A stretch of DNA of 49,001 nucleotides from Gemmatimonadota bacterium (GTDB lineage: Bacteria > Gemmatimonadota > Gemmatimonadetes > Palauibacterales > KS3-K002): assembly GCA_039586795.1 (NCBI GenBank), contig JBDHJS010000046.1, positions 1-49,001 of the forward strand, in the 5' to 3' direction. A program made the position numbers and the translations under genes. The notes beneath the pieces are model-generated. The model had not been told where the DNA came from. It made no database searches and saw only the letters and a list, made by a program, of their open reading frames with translations. Below, in pieces: positions 1 to 8,764 of this stretch. The number at the start of each line of letters is the position of its first letter. Positions within the stretch are counted from its first letter, which is position 1.

Positions 1-959
1 AGATGGTTCGTGTTGCTGGAGTTGTAACCGCCGATGACGATCATGATGTCGGGCGGTGACTCCATCATGCGGATCACGGCATCCTGCCGGTCCTGGGTGG
101 CGCTGCATAGCGTGTCAAAATGCCGGTAGTGCTCTTCCACGTGTTCGGCGCCGTAGCGTTCGATCATCGCGTTGCGGATCTCCTGCGCGATCTTGGCTGT
201 CTCTGAGGCGAGCATCGTCGTCTGATTCGCCACGCCGATCTTCGTGAGATCGCGGTCTGGATCGAAACCGGCGGAACACGCATGGCCGAAACGCTTCAGG
301 AAAGCTTCCCGATCCGCACCTCGGACGATGTAATCGCAGACGACAGCCACTTCGTTCAGACTACGAACGATCAAATAGGCGCCACCGGCGTGGCGGCTGG
401 CCTGTGAAGCGGTAGCCCTGCTTTCTTCGTGGTTGTACTTGCCGTGAATGATCGCAGTGAAGCCTTCGCGAGCGTAGCTTTCGACACGCTTCCAGACGTT
501 GAGTACCGATCCGCAGGTCGTGTCGACCAGAAGACACCCGATATCGCGCAAGGCTTCGAAATCTTGCCGCGCGACGCCGAAGGCCGGAATGATTACGACG
601 TCTTCCGGCTTGACCTCGCCGAATTCGAAGCGACCATCTACGCCGGGCATCAGGAAAGCGATGCCCATCTCACGCATGCGCGCGTTGACGTGCGGATTGT
701 GAATGATCTCGCCGACGAGAAAGATCCGGCGGTCGGGAAACTTGTGACGGGCCTCGTATGCATACTGAACGGCTCGGTCTACTCCGTAGCAGTAGCCGAA
801 CTCCTCGGCCAGGCGGATCGTCACGCCGTCGGTTGAAGCGCGATAGCCCCGCTTCCGCAGTCCGTCGACGACTCGCGAGTCGTAGGCGTCCTCCAGGACG
901 GGGAGCACGGTCTTCTTGAGACCCAAACCGGTTCGGAAGTAGCTCTTCTCGTCAGGCAT
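1..959 (-). CDS. ispH: 4-hydroxy-3-methylbut-2-enyl diphosphate reductase (IspH/LytB), 3' end beyond window
   Basis: Absent from the ORF track (open at window edge). Manual translation from ATG 959: MPDEKSYFRTG...LAEEFGYCYGVDRAV...GEIIHNPHVN...DTTCGSV...HGKYNHEE...NQTTM...DTLCSATQDRQ...GGYNSSNTNHL. This has the three Fe-S Cys and SSN motifs of IspH. Confidence 0.95.
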   Translation of the reverse strand, partial: MPDEKSYFRTGLGLKKTVLPVLEDAYDSRVVDGLRKRGYRASTDGVTIRLAEEFGYCYGVDRAVQYAYEARHKFPDRRIFLVGEIIHNPHVNARMREMGIAFLMPGVDGRFEFGEVKPEDVVIIPAFGVARQDFEALRDIGCLLVDTTCGSVLNVWKRVESYAREGFTAIIHGKYNHEESRATASQASRHAGGAYLIVRSLNEVAVVCDYIVRGADREAFLKRFGHACSAGFDPDRDLTKIGVANQTTMLASETAKIAQEIRNAMIERYGAEHVEEHYRHFDTLCSATQDRQDAVIRMMESPPDIMIVIGGYNSSNTNH

Positions 960-968
960 AGGAAGCCA

Positions 969-997
969 AGCTTACCCGGAAGCGGGCGATGGCGCAA
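969..997 (-). promoter_or_regulatory. Putative sigma70 promoter for ispH (very short or no leader)
   Basis: Minus strand TTGCGC-17 nt-TAAGCT, 9 nt before the ATG, no SD. Confidence 0.5.
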
Positions 998-1138
998 GCT
1001 GTCGTTATCGGAAACCCTTGCAGTATTTGACGTTAAGGGCACGGCAAGTCGGCGGCCAGCCTTAGCAAAACGGCGCCCGCGGAGTTAGTTTTAAGGTCCA
1101 CCCCAACCACACCTCGGAATATCCCTTCGGAGGTATAT

Positions 1139-2422
1139 ATGGTTCGCAAGAAGCAGTACACCCGTAAAGAAATTGGTGACCACAAGCTCCGTCCCGAGAG
1201 CTTGATGATGGGCTACGGCTACCGGCCCGAGTGGTCGGAAGGGTCGATCAAGTGCCCTATCTTCCAGACTTCGACCTTCGCGTTCAGAAATGCCGAGGAG
1301 GGAAAGGCGTTCTTCGAGCTCGCGTATGGGCTGCGCGAGCAGAAGGTCGGCGAAGGAATGGGTCTGATCTATAGCCGGCTGAACAACCCCGACCTGGAAA
1401 TTCTTGAGGACCGGCTGACGTTGTGGGACGATGCGGAGGCGGCCGCGGTATGCACGAGCGGCATGGCCGCCATCGCCACGGTCGCCTTCACCTTCCTCCG
1501 ACCCGGCGATGTGTTGCTACACAGCGAACCGCTTTATGGAGGCACGGAGCATCTCTTCAGGGAGGTATTACCGGAGTTTGGAATCGATGTCCTGAACTTC
1601 CCTGCCGGGCCGGAAGGGAAAGCGAAAGCGGAAGAGGCATTGGCGGATCAATCGGTGGCCGATCGACTGAGAATGATCTTCCTCGAGAGTCCGGCTAATC
1701 CGACCAATGATCTGGTCGATATCGCCCACGCAGCCGACCTCGCTAAACGATGCTGCGGAGAACGCAAACCGGTTGTGGCGGTGGACAATACTTTCCTCGG
1801 GCCCGTGTTTCAGCATCCGTTGAAGTTCGGCGCCGATCTCGCCATCTACTCGGCCACCAAGTTCATAGGCGGACACAGTGATGTGATCGCCGGGGCCGTG
1901 CTGGGGTCGGAAGAACTGATCGCTCAGGTGCTGGGGACCCGAACCTTCCTGGGGACGATGTCGGGGCCGTGGACGGGCTGGCTGATCCTGCGGAGCCTCG
2001 AGACACTGAAGATGCGGATGACGGCCATGATGAAGAACGCGCAGTATGTAGCGGACTATCTGGCCGAGCATCCCAAGGTCGAGCGGGTGAACTATTTGGG
2101 CCACCTGACCGAGGATCACCCGCAATTCGAGCTCTACCGCCGACAGTGTCTGGCGCCCGGATCGATGGTCGCGTTTGACATTCGGGGTGGGGAGGCTGAG
2201 GCCTTCAAGTTCTTGAACTCGCTGAAGCTCATCCACCTGGCGGTGAGTCTCGGTGGAACGGAATCGCTGGCCGAACACCCCGGCACGATGACGCACTCGG
2301 ACATACCAGCGGACGAGCAGCCGCGCATGGGAATCAGGCCGTCGCTGATCAGGCTCTCGATAGGTGTGGAGCACTACGAGGATGTGATTGCCGATCTGGA
2401 CCAGGCGCTGGCGGAGGTCTGA
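1139..2422 (+). CDS. Cys/Met metabolism PLP-dependent enzyme (cystathionine gamma-synthase / methionine gamma-lyase family)
   Basis: PIFQTSTF, YSRLNNP, SGMAAI, LESPANPT, VDNTF, YSATKFIGGHSD (PLP Lys), AVSLGGTESL, RLSIGVE; SD GGAGGT at 1129-1134. Confidence 0.93.
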   Translation: MVRKKQYTRKEIGDHKLRPESLMMGYGYRPEWSEGSIKCPIFQTSTFAFRNAEEGKAFFELAYGLREQKVGEGMGLIYSRLNNPDLEILEDRLTLWDDAEAAAVCTSGMAAIATVAFTFLRPGDVLLHSEPLYGGTEHLFREVLPEFGIDVLNFPAGPEGKAKAEEALADQSVADRLRMIFLESPANPTNDLVDIAHAADLAKRCCGERKPVVAVDNTFLGPVFQHPLKFGADLAIYSATKFIGGHSDVIAGAVLGSEELIAQVLGTRTFLGTMSGPWTGWLILRSLETLKMRMTAMMKNAQYVADYLAEHPKVERVNYLGHLTEDHPQFELYRRQCLAPGSMVAFDIRGGEAEAFKFLNSLKLIHLAVSLGGTESLAEHPGTMTHSDIPADEQPRMGIRPSLIRLSIGVEHYEDVIADLDQALAEV

Positions 2423-2437
2423 AGCCCGGCACCGGGC

Positions 2438-3370
2438 CTAGTCGGGAGTAGAGCTCTGCTGTTCGCGGAGCCAGCGTATCGTGCGCCGGACTCCATCCGC
2501 GTAGTCGACCTCCGGCATCCAACCCAGGTCGCTGCGGATCAGTCTGCCGTCGAGAAGTGTCGAGCATTCTTCCAGGTAATACAGATCGCTCAGCTGACGG
2601 CGCTCGACGTTTAGAAGGTCCATTGCCCGGGCAACACGGATGCTGATGGAGCGAACGCGAGGCTCCCGGGCGGCGGCTCGGTAGATCAGCGTGACAAACT
2701 CGCGCGGGGTCGTGGGGCGATAGCCGGCTGCCGTATAGTCGATCCCTCGTGCCTGCCGGCGACCCAGCGGGGCGATCAACGCTCGAGCAGCGTCAGCCAG
2801 ATAGAGGAACTCGATCGGCCGGTCGAGATCGCCGTGCAGGTAGGTCTTCTTTCCGGAGAAGGCGCGGTCGAACAGAGCGTGGATGCGGCCTGAACGGACC
2901 CCGGGCCCGTAGACATCGGGAAGGTGGACCACGGTGCCGCCTTCCGCCGTGACCGCTTTCTCTAGGTCCGCCCGGATGCGGCCTAGCCGGGATGGGCTGG
3001 CCTTGGGGTGGCTTGGACCGACGCGATCGCTCTCCGGGGGTCCGTAGACCCAGAGGTTGCCCGGGAACACGAACTGACCGCCGGGCTTCAAGCCCTCCAA
3101 CGCGTGCCGCAGAGCATCCCAGTTGTCGGTGTACTGGCTGGGAGGGAAGGCCACGCAATGCAGCACGGCGTCCATCCCTTCAACAGCCTCAGCGACTTCG
3201 GCCCGTTCCCGGATGTCGCCTGCGATGACATCGGCGCGTGGGTCGGACACGAGATCGCGAAACCGCTCTTCGCTGCGCACGAACGCGCGCACCCGGTGAC
3301 CGGCCCGCAGGAGCATCTCGGTGCAGGCCAGCCCAAGCGTGCCGGAAGCGCCCGTGACGGTGACTCTCAT
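2438..3370 (-). CDS. NAD-dependent epimerase/dehydratase (extended SDR) family protein
   Basis: N-terminal Rossmann motif VTVTGASGTLG, VYGPG motif. Start moved to ATG 3370, immediately before the Rossmann motif. Confidence 0.85.
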   Translation of the reverse strand: MRVTVTGASGTLGLACTEMLLRAGHRVRAFVRSEERFRDLVSDPRADVIAGDIRERAEVAEAVEGMDAVLHCVAFPPSQYTDNWDALRHALEGLKPGGQFVFPGNLWVYGPPESDRVGPSHPKASPSRLGRIRADLEKAVTAEGGTVVHLPDVYGPGVRSGRIHALFDRAFSGKKTYLHGDLDRPIEFLYLADAARALIAPLGRRQARGIDYTAAGYRPTTPREFVTLIYRAAAREPRVRSISIRVARAMDLLNVERRQLSDLYYLEECSTLLDGRLIRSDLGWMPEVDYADGVRRTIRWLREQQSSTPD

Positions 3371-3482
3371 GTGCGGCAACTTATCATTGGCCTTGCGGGG
3401 CTGGAAAGCCTGCCGCCTTGGCAGGCCGCCGGGGCGGGATGGCACTCCGGTGACCGTATCATGCCAGCCTGGCGCGGCTTAC

Positions 3483-3499
3483 CTGGCACGTACGGTGCA
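3483..3499 (+). promoter_or_regulatory. Putative sigma54 (-24/-12) promoter upstream of lon
   Basis: CTGGCACGTACGGTGCA: TGGCACG with exact GG-N10-GC spacing. Confidence 0.6.
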
Positions 3500-3583
3500 T
3501 TATTTCGGCCATACCCCATAGATTGGGGGGCGGGAGCCCGGGCCGGGTTCCCGACGTTTTGAGTGAAAAAGGAGATAGACACC

Positions 3584-6085
3584 TTGACCGATACACAGAT
3601 TGAGGAACAGGGCGTAAGGGGTGACCGGGAGCAGATGCCGGTCCTACCGCTCAGAGAGACCGTGGTGTTTCCGGGCGTCACGGCGCCGATCGTGGCCGGG
3701 CGCGACAAGACGCTGCGGGCCATCGAGCACGCGCTAGAGACCAACGGGGAAAAGAAACGGATCTTCGCCGTGGCTCAGAGGGAGAACGTGGATGAACCTA
3801 CCTCGGACATCCTCTACAGCATCGGCGTTATCTGTCGTATCGCTCAGATACAGCGTTTCCCGGGCGGCTTGCAGTTGCTGCTGGAAGGCGAGGAGCGGGC
3901 CACAGCGCTGCACTACAGCGACAGCAGCGATGGCTTCATGGAAGCGATTGTGACGCCGCTGATCGATCAGGGCCCGCTGAATCTGGAAGACGCCGCGTTC
4001 CAGGGCTTGTTCCGCGAAGTCAGCGAGAAGGCCGCCGAGCTTGGGCGCCACCGCGGCGTGCCCGAGGAGATCATCGAGCGATTCATTCGCGCCGTTGATG
4101 AGCCGGGCGCGCTGTCCGACCACGTGGCCTACTACATGGAGCTGGACCCGTCGGCCAAGCAGGAATTGCTGGAGACTACATCCGTCGAGCTGAGGCTACG
4201 GCGCATTCTGGTTCATCTCTATCGCCAGATCGCCATGCTCGAAGCCCAGGAGCACATCCGCACCCGGGTCCAGGAGGAGCTGGGCGAGCGGCAACGGGAG
4301 ATCTACCTGCGAGAGCAGCTCAAGGCGATTCGCAAGGAACTGGGCGAAGAGGACACGGACGCCGAGATCGAAGAGCTTCGCGACCGGCTCGAAGAACTGG
4401 AGCTACCGGACGAGGCGCGTGAAGAAGTAAATCGGGAGTTGCGGCGCTTGGAGCGCGTCAATCGTGAGTCGGCGGAGGCCCAGGTGATTCGCACTTACCT
4501 AGAGTGGATTGCCGATCTACCGTGGAATGAGCGTTCCGAGGACCGACTCGACATCGAGGAGGCGCGGAAGATTCTCGACGAGGACCACTACGGCCTGGGT
4601 GACGTGAAGGAGCGCATCCTGGAGTTTCTTGCCGTCGGCAAGATGCGTCGCGAGAAGGCCGAGGACGAGGAGGAAAAGGCGAAGGCGATGGCGTCTGGGC
4701 CGATCCTGCTTTTCCTGGGGCCGCCGGGTACGGGCAAGACGTCGGTGGCGAAGTCGATCGCCCGAGCTTTGGGCCGCGAATACGTGCGGGTTTCGTTGGG
4801 CGGAGCGCGGGACGAGGCGGACATCCGCGGGCACCGACGCACCTACGTTGGCGCGATGCCGGGTCGCATCATCCAGGGAATGAAACGCGCCGGCACGAAG
4901 AATCCGGTCTTCTTGTTGGACGAGATCGACAAGCTGGGCGTTTCGTTCCAGGGCGACCCTTCGGCGGCGTTGCTGGAAACGTTGGACCCGGCTCAGAATA
5001 ACAGCTTCACCGATCACTATCTGGGCATAGGGTTCGATCTGTCGGAGGTCCTGTTCATCACGACGGCGAACTTCGGGCACCAGATTCCCGGCCCGCTGTT
5101 CGACCGCATGGAAGAGACCCAATTCTCCGGCTATACCGAGCTCGAGAAGCTGGAGATCGCCAAGCGATACCTCTTGCCACGTCAGTTGGAGGCTTCCGGA
5201 TTGACCGCGGATCAGCTCAAGGTCAATGACGATGCGCTGCTTGGCGTGATCAACAAATGGACCCGGGAGGCGGGAGTCCGGCAGCTAGAGCGTGAGTTAG
5301 GCAGCCTGGCCCGTAAAGCGACTCGTGAGATCGCCGAGGGCAAAGCCGAGAGCATCGCGGTGGACCGTGACAACCTGAGAGAACTGCTAGGCAAGCCGAA
5401 GGCACACCCGGAGAAAATGCTCCCAGAGCCACAGGTGGGTGTGGTCACCGGCATGACTTATACGGCTGTCGGCGGCGACATCATCTTCGTCGAGGCCAGC
5501 ACTTTCCCAGGCAAGGGATCGCTCGTGCTCACCGGTCAACTCGGCGATGTGATGAAGGAGAGCGCCCGAGCTGGCCTCACTTACGCGACTACACACTACA
5601 AGGAGCTGGGCATCTCCGAGGAGCGGTACAAGGACGTGGATGTGCATGTCCACGTCCCGGCCGGCGCGGTTCCCAAGGAGGGTCCGTCCGCCGGCGTGAC
5701 GATGGCAACGGCTCTCGTCAGCGCAATGTCGGACCGACCCGTCCGCAACGATGTAGCGATGACAGGCGAGTTGACGCTGACCGGGCGCGTGCTGCCGATC
5801 GGCGGTGTGAAGGAGAAAGTGCTGGGCGCCTGTAGAGCGGGGATCAGCGAGGTCGTGCTCCCGAAAGAGAACGAGCACGACATAGAGGACATTCCCGAGG
5901 AAGTGCGCTGCGAAATGCGATTCCATCTGGTTGAGACGCTGGACGAGGTCCTGGCTGTGGCACTGTCCGGCGTCAGCCTGGAAGAAGGCAAGCTGGTGTT
6001 CGATAAGCCAGGGAAGCCGGGGGCGGCGGAAGTTCTCGTGTCAGATGAGGCAGAGGGCGGATCGCAGCCCGATGTGTTGAACTGA
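3584..6085 (+). CDS. lon: ATP-dependent protease La (LonA)
   Basis: Lon N-domain (PVLPLRETVVFP), DHYGLGDVKERILEFL, Walker A GPPGTGKTS, IRGHRRTYVGAMPG, Walker B LLDEIDK, PKEGPSAG (Ser), GGVKEK (Lys). TTG start 3584 follows AGGAG; the ORF-track start 3563 is the alternative. Confidence 0.97.
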   Translation: MTDTQIEEQGVRGDREQMPVLPLRETVVFPGVTAPIVAGRDKTLRAIEHALETNGEKKRIFAVAQRENVDEPTSDILYSIGVICRIAQIQRFPGGLQLLLEGEERATALHYSDSSDGFMEAIVTPLIDQGPLNLEDAAFQGLFREVSEKAAELGRHRGVPEEIIERFIRAVDEPGALSDHVAYYMELDPSAKQELLETTSVELRLRRILVHLYRQIAMLEAQEHIRTRVQEELGERQREIYLREQLKAIRKELGEEDTDAEIEELRDRLEELELPDEAREEVNRELRRLERVNRESAEAQVIRTYLEWIADLPWNERSEDRLDIEEARKILDEDHYGLGDVKERILEFLAVGKMRREKAEDEEEKAKAMASGPILLFLGPPGTGKTSVAKSIARALGREYVRVSLGGARDEADIRGHRRTYVGAMPGRIIQGMKRAGTKNPVFLLDEIDKLGVSFQGDPSAALLETLDPAQNNSFTDHYLGIGFDLSEVLFITTANFGHQIPGPLFDRMEETQFSGYTELEKLEIAKRYLLPRQLEASGLTADQLKVNDDALLGVINKWTREAGVRQLERELGSLARKATREIAEGKAESIAVDRDNLRELLGKPKAHPEKMLPEPQVGVVTGMTYTAVGGDIIFVEASTFPGKGSLVLTGQLGDVMKESARAGLTYATTHYKELGISEERYKDVDVHVHVPAGAVPKEGPSAGVTMATALVSAMSDRPVRNDVAMTGELTLTGRVLPIGGVKEKVLGACRAGISEVVLPKENEHDIEDIPEEVRCEMRFHLVETLDEVLAVALSGVSLEEGKLVFDKPGKPGAAEVLVSDEAEGGSQPDVLN

Positions 6086-6086
6086 T

Positions 6087-6264
6087 TGGGAATTATCGAA
6101 ACGGGTTCGACGAGTGCACATTCTGGAATACCGGAAGTGGAGGTGACTGACTGTCCGCTTCCAAAGTCCAGAGTCCGCACTTGTTGAATCCGCTTCAACA
6201 ATTGAAACGAAGAGCTCGGAATTCCCCATTTCGGAATCCCGAGCTCTTCGTTTTATGATTCCCA
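6087..6264 (+). other. Highly structured intergenic element (closing stem plus four hairpins), includes probable terminator
   Basis: Pairings read by hand: 6087-6096/6255-6264; 6097-6100/6106-6109; 6112-6141/6154-6182; 6181-6188/6194-6201; 6205-6225/6233-6253. Confidence 0.6.
6205..6254. terminator. Probable (bidirectional) intrinsic terminator between convergent lon and mlaD
   Basis: 21-bp stem with one mismatch, AAACGAAGAGCTCGGAATTCC / GGAATCCCGAGCTCTTCGTTT, A-run before and T-run after. Confidence 0.7.
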
Positions 6265-6268
6265 CCAC

Positions 6269-6995
6269 CTAGAAGACGGATATTTTGAGGTATCTCCCCG
6301 GATTCTGCATCAAGTCCAAAGTCAGCTTGTCCAGATTCTGAACCGCCGCCCGCAGATCCTCGTACAGCCCCGGGTCGTTCACCATCAAGCCCAGCGTCCC
6401 CTCGCCGCGATCGATCTTCTCGGCGATTGACTTCAGCGATTCCGCCGACTCCTTGAATGAGTCCGCCGTCTCCGACAGCTTTGCCGCCGTGTCTTCCAGG
6501 TCGGCGATCAGCTGCTCGACGTTGGCATCGCCCACCGCGTCTCTCAAAGCATCGGCTGTCTCGCGCAGGCTGACGCTCAACGCCTCGAACTCCGCACCGC
6601 CGTTGCGGGCAAGCCTTTCAAGGCTACGCACCGTTCCCGGCAGACCGGCGACGGCGCCGTGCACCTGGTCGATGGTCGCCAAAAACACCGACCGACTGCA
6701 GCACGGCGCGTGAATCACGCGGCAACTGCAACCCGCGATGCAGTCGCAGTCGCACGAGCACGCGGCTCGGCCCCTCGAGGTCGACGGCGCTCACAGCACC
6801 GACCTCGACGCCGACCATATGTATGCGGTCGCCCTTGCCGAGACCGCCGGCGTTAGGCATCACCACGTGGACGTTGTAGGCACGTTCGCCCAGCGGCAGG
6901 CCGGTCAGCCAAAAGTAGCCCCACAGCGTGACGATCGATGCGATGATCACCAGCAGTCCAATCCACAGTTCGTATGTCGGTCTACGACGCGCCAC
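6269..6995 (-). pseudogene. mlaD: MlaD/MCE-domain protein, disrupted (frameshift with apparent internal deletion near 6675)
   Basis: N-terminal TM plus MCE domain (NAGGLGKGDRIHMVGVEVGAV...LPRDSRAVLQSVGVFGD) in one frame. The helical C-terminus (...GEGTLGLMVNDPGLYEDL...NPGRYLKISVF) is in another frame. Confidence 0.8.
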
Positions 6996-7004
6996 TTTGT
7001 CCCC

Positions 7005-7757
7005 CTAGTAGACGCCCGTTATGACTTCATCTGGGCTGACGAACCGGCGTACCACCGGGTCGTCGCTGTTGCGAAACTCATCCACCGTACCCTCGAAACG
7101 GACCCGCGTCTCGTATAGTAGGGCGATGCGATCGGCGACACGGCAGGCGTTGTCCAGGTCGTGTGTGACCATGATGCTCGTCACGCCGATCTCCTCCTGC
7201 AGATGCTCGATCAGGTTCGAGATGATGAACGCGTTCTCCGGATCGAGCCCGGTGGTCGGTTCGTCGTACAGCAGGTAACGCTGATGCCCGGCGAAAGCTC
7301 GGGCGATAGCCACGCGCTTTTGCATGCCGCCGGAGAGCTCGATCGGATAGAGACCGGCGACCTCCGGATCGAGGTTCACGAGCCGCAGACACTCCGTAAT
7401 CCGCGCCTCGCATTCCGACAGCGCTCGGCGACAGCCGTCGACATCAATACCGAGCTGGATGTTCTCACCGACGGTAAGCGAATCGAACAGTGCTGCACCT
7501 TGAAACACGTACCCGACGCGTTGGCGGACCTCGTTCAGCTCGCGACGAGTTGCATTCGGAATCGAGACGCCATCCACGATCACGTCGCCACCGTCGGGTT
7601 CCATTAGGCCGATGATGTGCTTGATCAGCACGCTCTTGCCGGTGCCCGACGGCCCAAAGAGGGCCATCGTTCCGCCTTCATGAACGCGCAGGGAGACGTC
7701 GCTCAGAATGACGTTATCCCCAAAGGCTTTGCTGAGCCCGATGATATCAATCATCAA
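7005..7757 (-). CDS. mlaF: MlaF/Mkl-type ABC transporter ATP-binding protein
   Basis: GPSGTGKS, FQGAALFDSL, LSGGMQKRVAIARA, YDEPTTGLDP, VTHD; lies between mlaE and mlaD. Confidence 0.92.
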   Translation of the reverse strand: MMIDIIGLSKAFGDNVILSDVSLRVHEGGTMALFGPSGTGKSVLIKHIIGLMEPDGGDVIVDGVSIPNATRRELNEVRQRVGYVFQGAALFDSLTVGENIQLGIDVDGCRRALSECEARITECLRLVNLDPEVAGLYPIELSGGMQKRVAIARAFAGHQRYLLYDEPTTGLDPENAFIISNLIEHLQEEIGVTSIMVTHDLDNACRVADRIALLYETRVRFEGTVDEFRNSDDPVVRRFVSPDEVITGVY

Positions 7758-8578
7758 CCAAACGCCTTCAACAGCCGCGCCAGCACGGCGTCCCAGAACA
7801 TGATGGCTACGGTGCCTGTGACCGCCACCGACATTGTCGTTCGCCCCACACCCTCAGCGCCACCCGAAGTATTGAGACCGATGTAGCAACCGATGAACGT
7901 GATGGTGGCACCAAACACAGCCCCCTTGATGAGTCCGAACCAGAGCGCGAAGCCGTGAAAGTAGCTGTGCACCCCATAGACGAACTCGGCGCTGGTGATT
8001 GGCAGCGTGATCAGCGCGCCCAACCAGCCGGCTCCGATGCCGACGAAGTCCGCTACGGCGACGAGCGGCGGCAGCATGAGCGTACCAGCCAGAACGCGCG
8101 GGACCACCAACTGTTCGACGGGGTCGCGACCCACGGCGTGCAGCGCGTCCACCTGTTCCGTCACGACCATCGTGCCAAGCTCGGCGCCGATCCGGGAACC
8201 GATTCGACCCACCAGCACCAGCGCCGTGACCAGCGGCCCCAGCTCGGTGAGCACGCTGGCGGCGACGACGCTACCGATGATCCAGATCGGGACGGTACCC
8301 GTGAACTGGTAGCCGCTCTGCTGCGAGGTGACTGCTCCCGATAATGCGGCGACGAGGATAACGACGGGAAGACTCCGGACGCCCATGTCGTAACACTGGG
8401 CCATCAGGTCCCGGTAGTAGTTCCGCGGGCGTGCCATCCCCAACAGCGTCTGCCATGCCAAAGTAGCGGCGCGGTTGGCGTGGGTCAGCGATATCGCTAT
8501 ACCCGTACCTATCGCCGTGGGAACGGCGGTTGCCACGTCCCCCAGCTTGCGCGAGGTCTGAGTATCAGTATCGGCCAT
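7754..8578 (-). CDS. mlaE: MlaE-family lipid ABC transporter permease
   Basis: ELGPLVTALVLVGRIGSRIGAELGTMVVTEQVDAL...DPVEQLVVPRV, GGAEGVGRTT. Confidence 0.93.
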   Translation of the reverse strand: MADTDTQTSRKLGDVATAVPTAIGTGIAISLTHANRAATLAWQTLLGMARPRNYYRDLMAQCYDMGVRSLPVVILVAALSGAVTSQQSGYQFTGTVPIWIIGSVVAASVLTELGPLVTALVLVGRIGSRIGAELGTMVVTEQVDALHAVGRDPVEQLVVPRVLAGTLMLPPLVAVADFVGIGAGWLGALITLPITSAEFVYGVHSYFHGFALWFGLIKGAVFGATITFIGCYIGLNTSGGAEGVGRTTMSVAVTGTVAIMFWDAVLARLLKAFG

Positions 8579-8764
8579 TCAGTTCATCACAGGAGATAAG
8601 TGCCGGTCGGGCTGGGGCCGTTAGGAGACCGGTTAGCCGCCGGAGTCATCCACCGCCCTGGCGACAGTCGGCTCCAGGATCCGGGTAGCCGGCCGGCGGC
8701 AAGGCGGAGTATAAGCAAATCCACCCAACTCAAAAAGGCCGCCTCTTCCCCGTCTGGCGGTGTT

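Noticed and set aside
429..836. Plus-strand ORFs over ispH, and the many other long antisense ORFs (e.g. 1568-2374, 8600-9442, 24002-24925, 28879-29856, 34435-35286)
   Set aside because: Shadow ORFs opposite well-supported genes, expected in high-GC DNA; no recognisable motifs
6678..6690. Programmed ribosomal frameshift at the GTTTTTG run in mlaD
   Set aside because: Not a canonical slippery heptamer; shifting there removes the conserved GD and still leaves sequence missing
8600..8700. tRNA or SAH riboswitch
   Set aside because: No TTC loop, CCA end or anticodon arm; SAH consensus elements not matched
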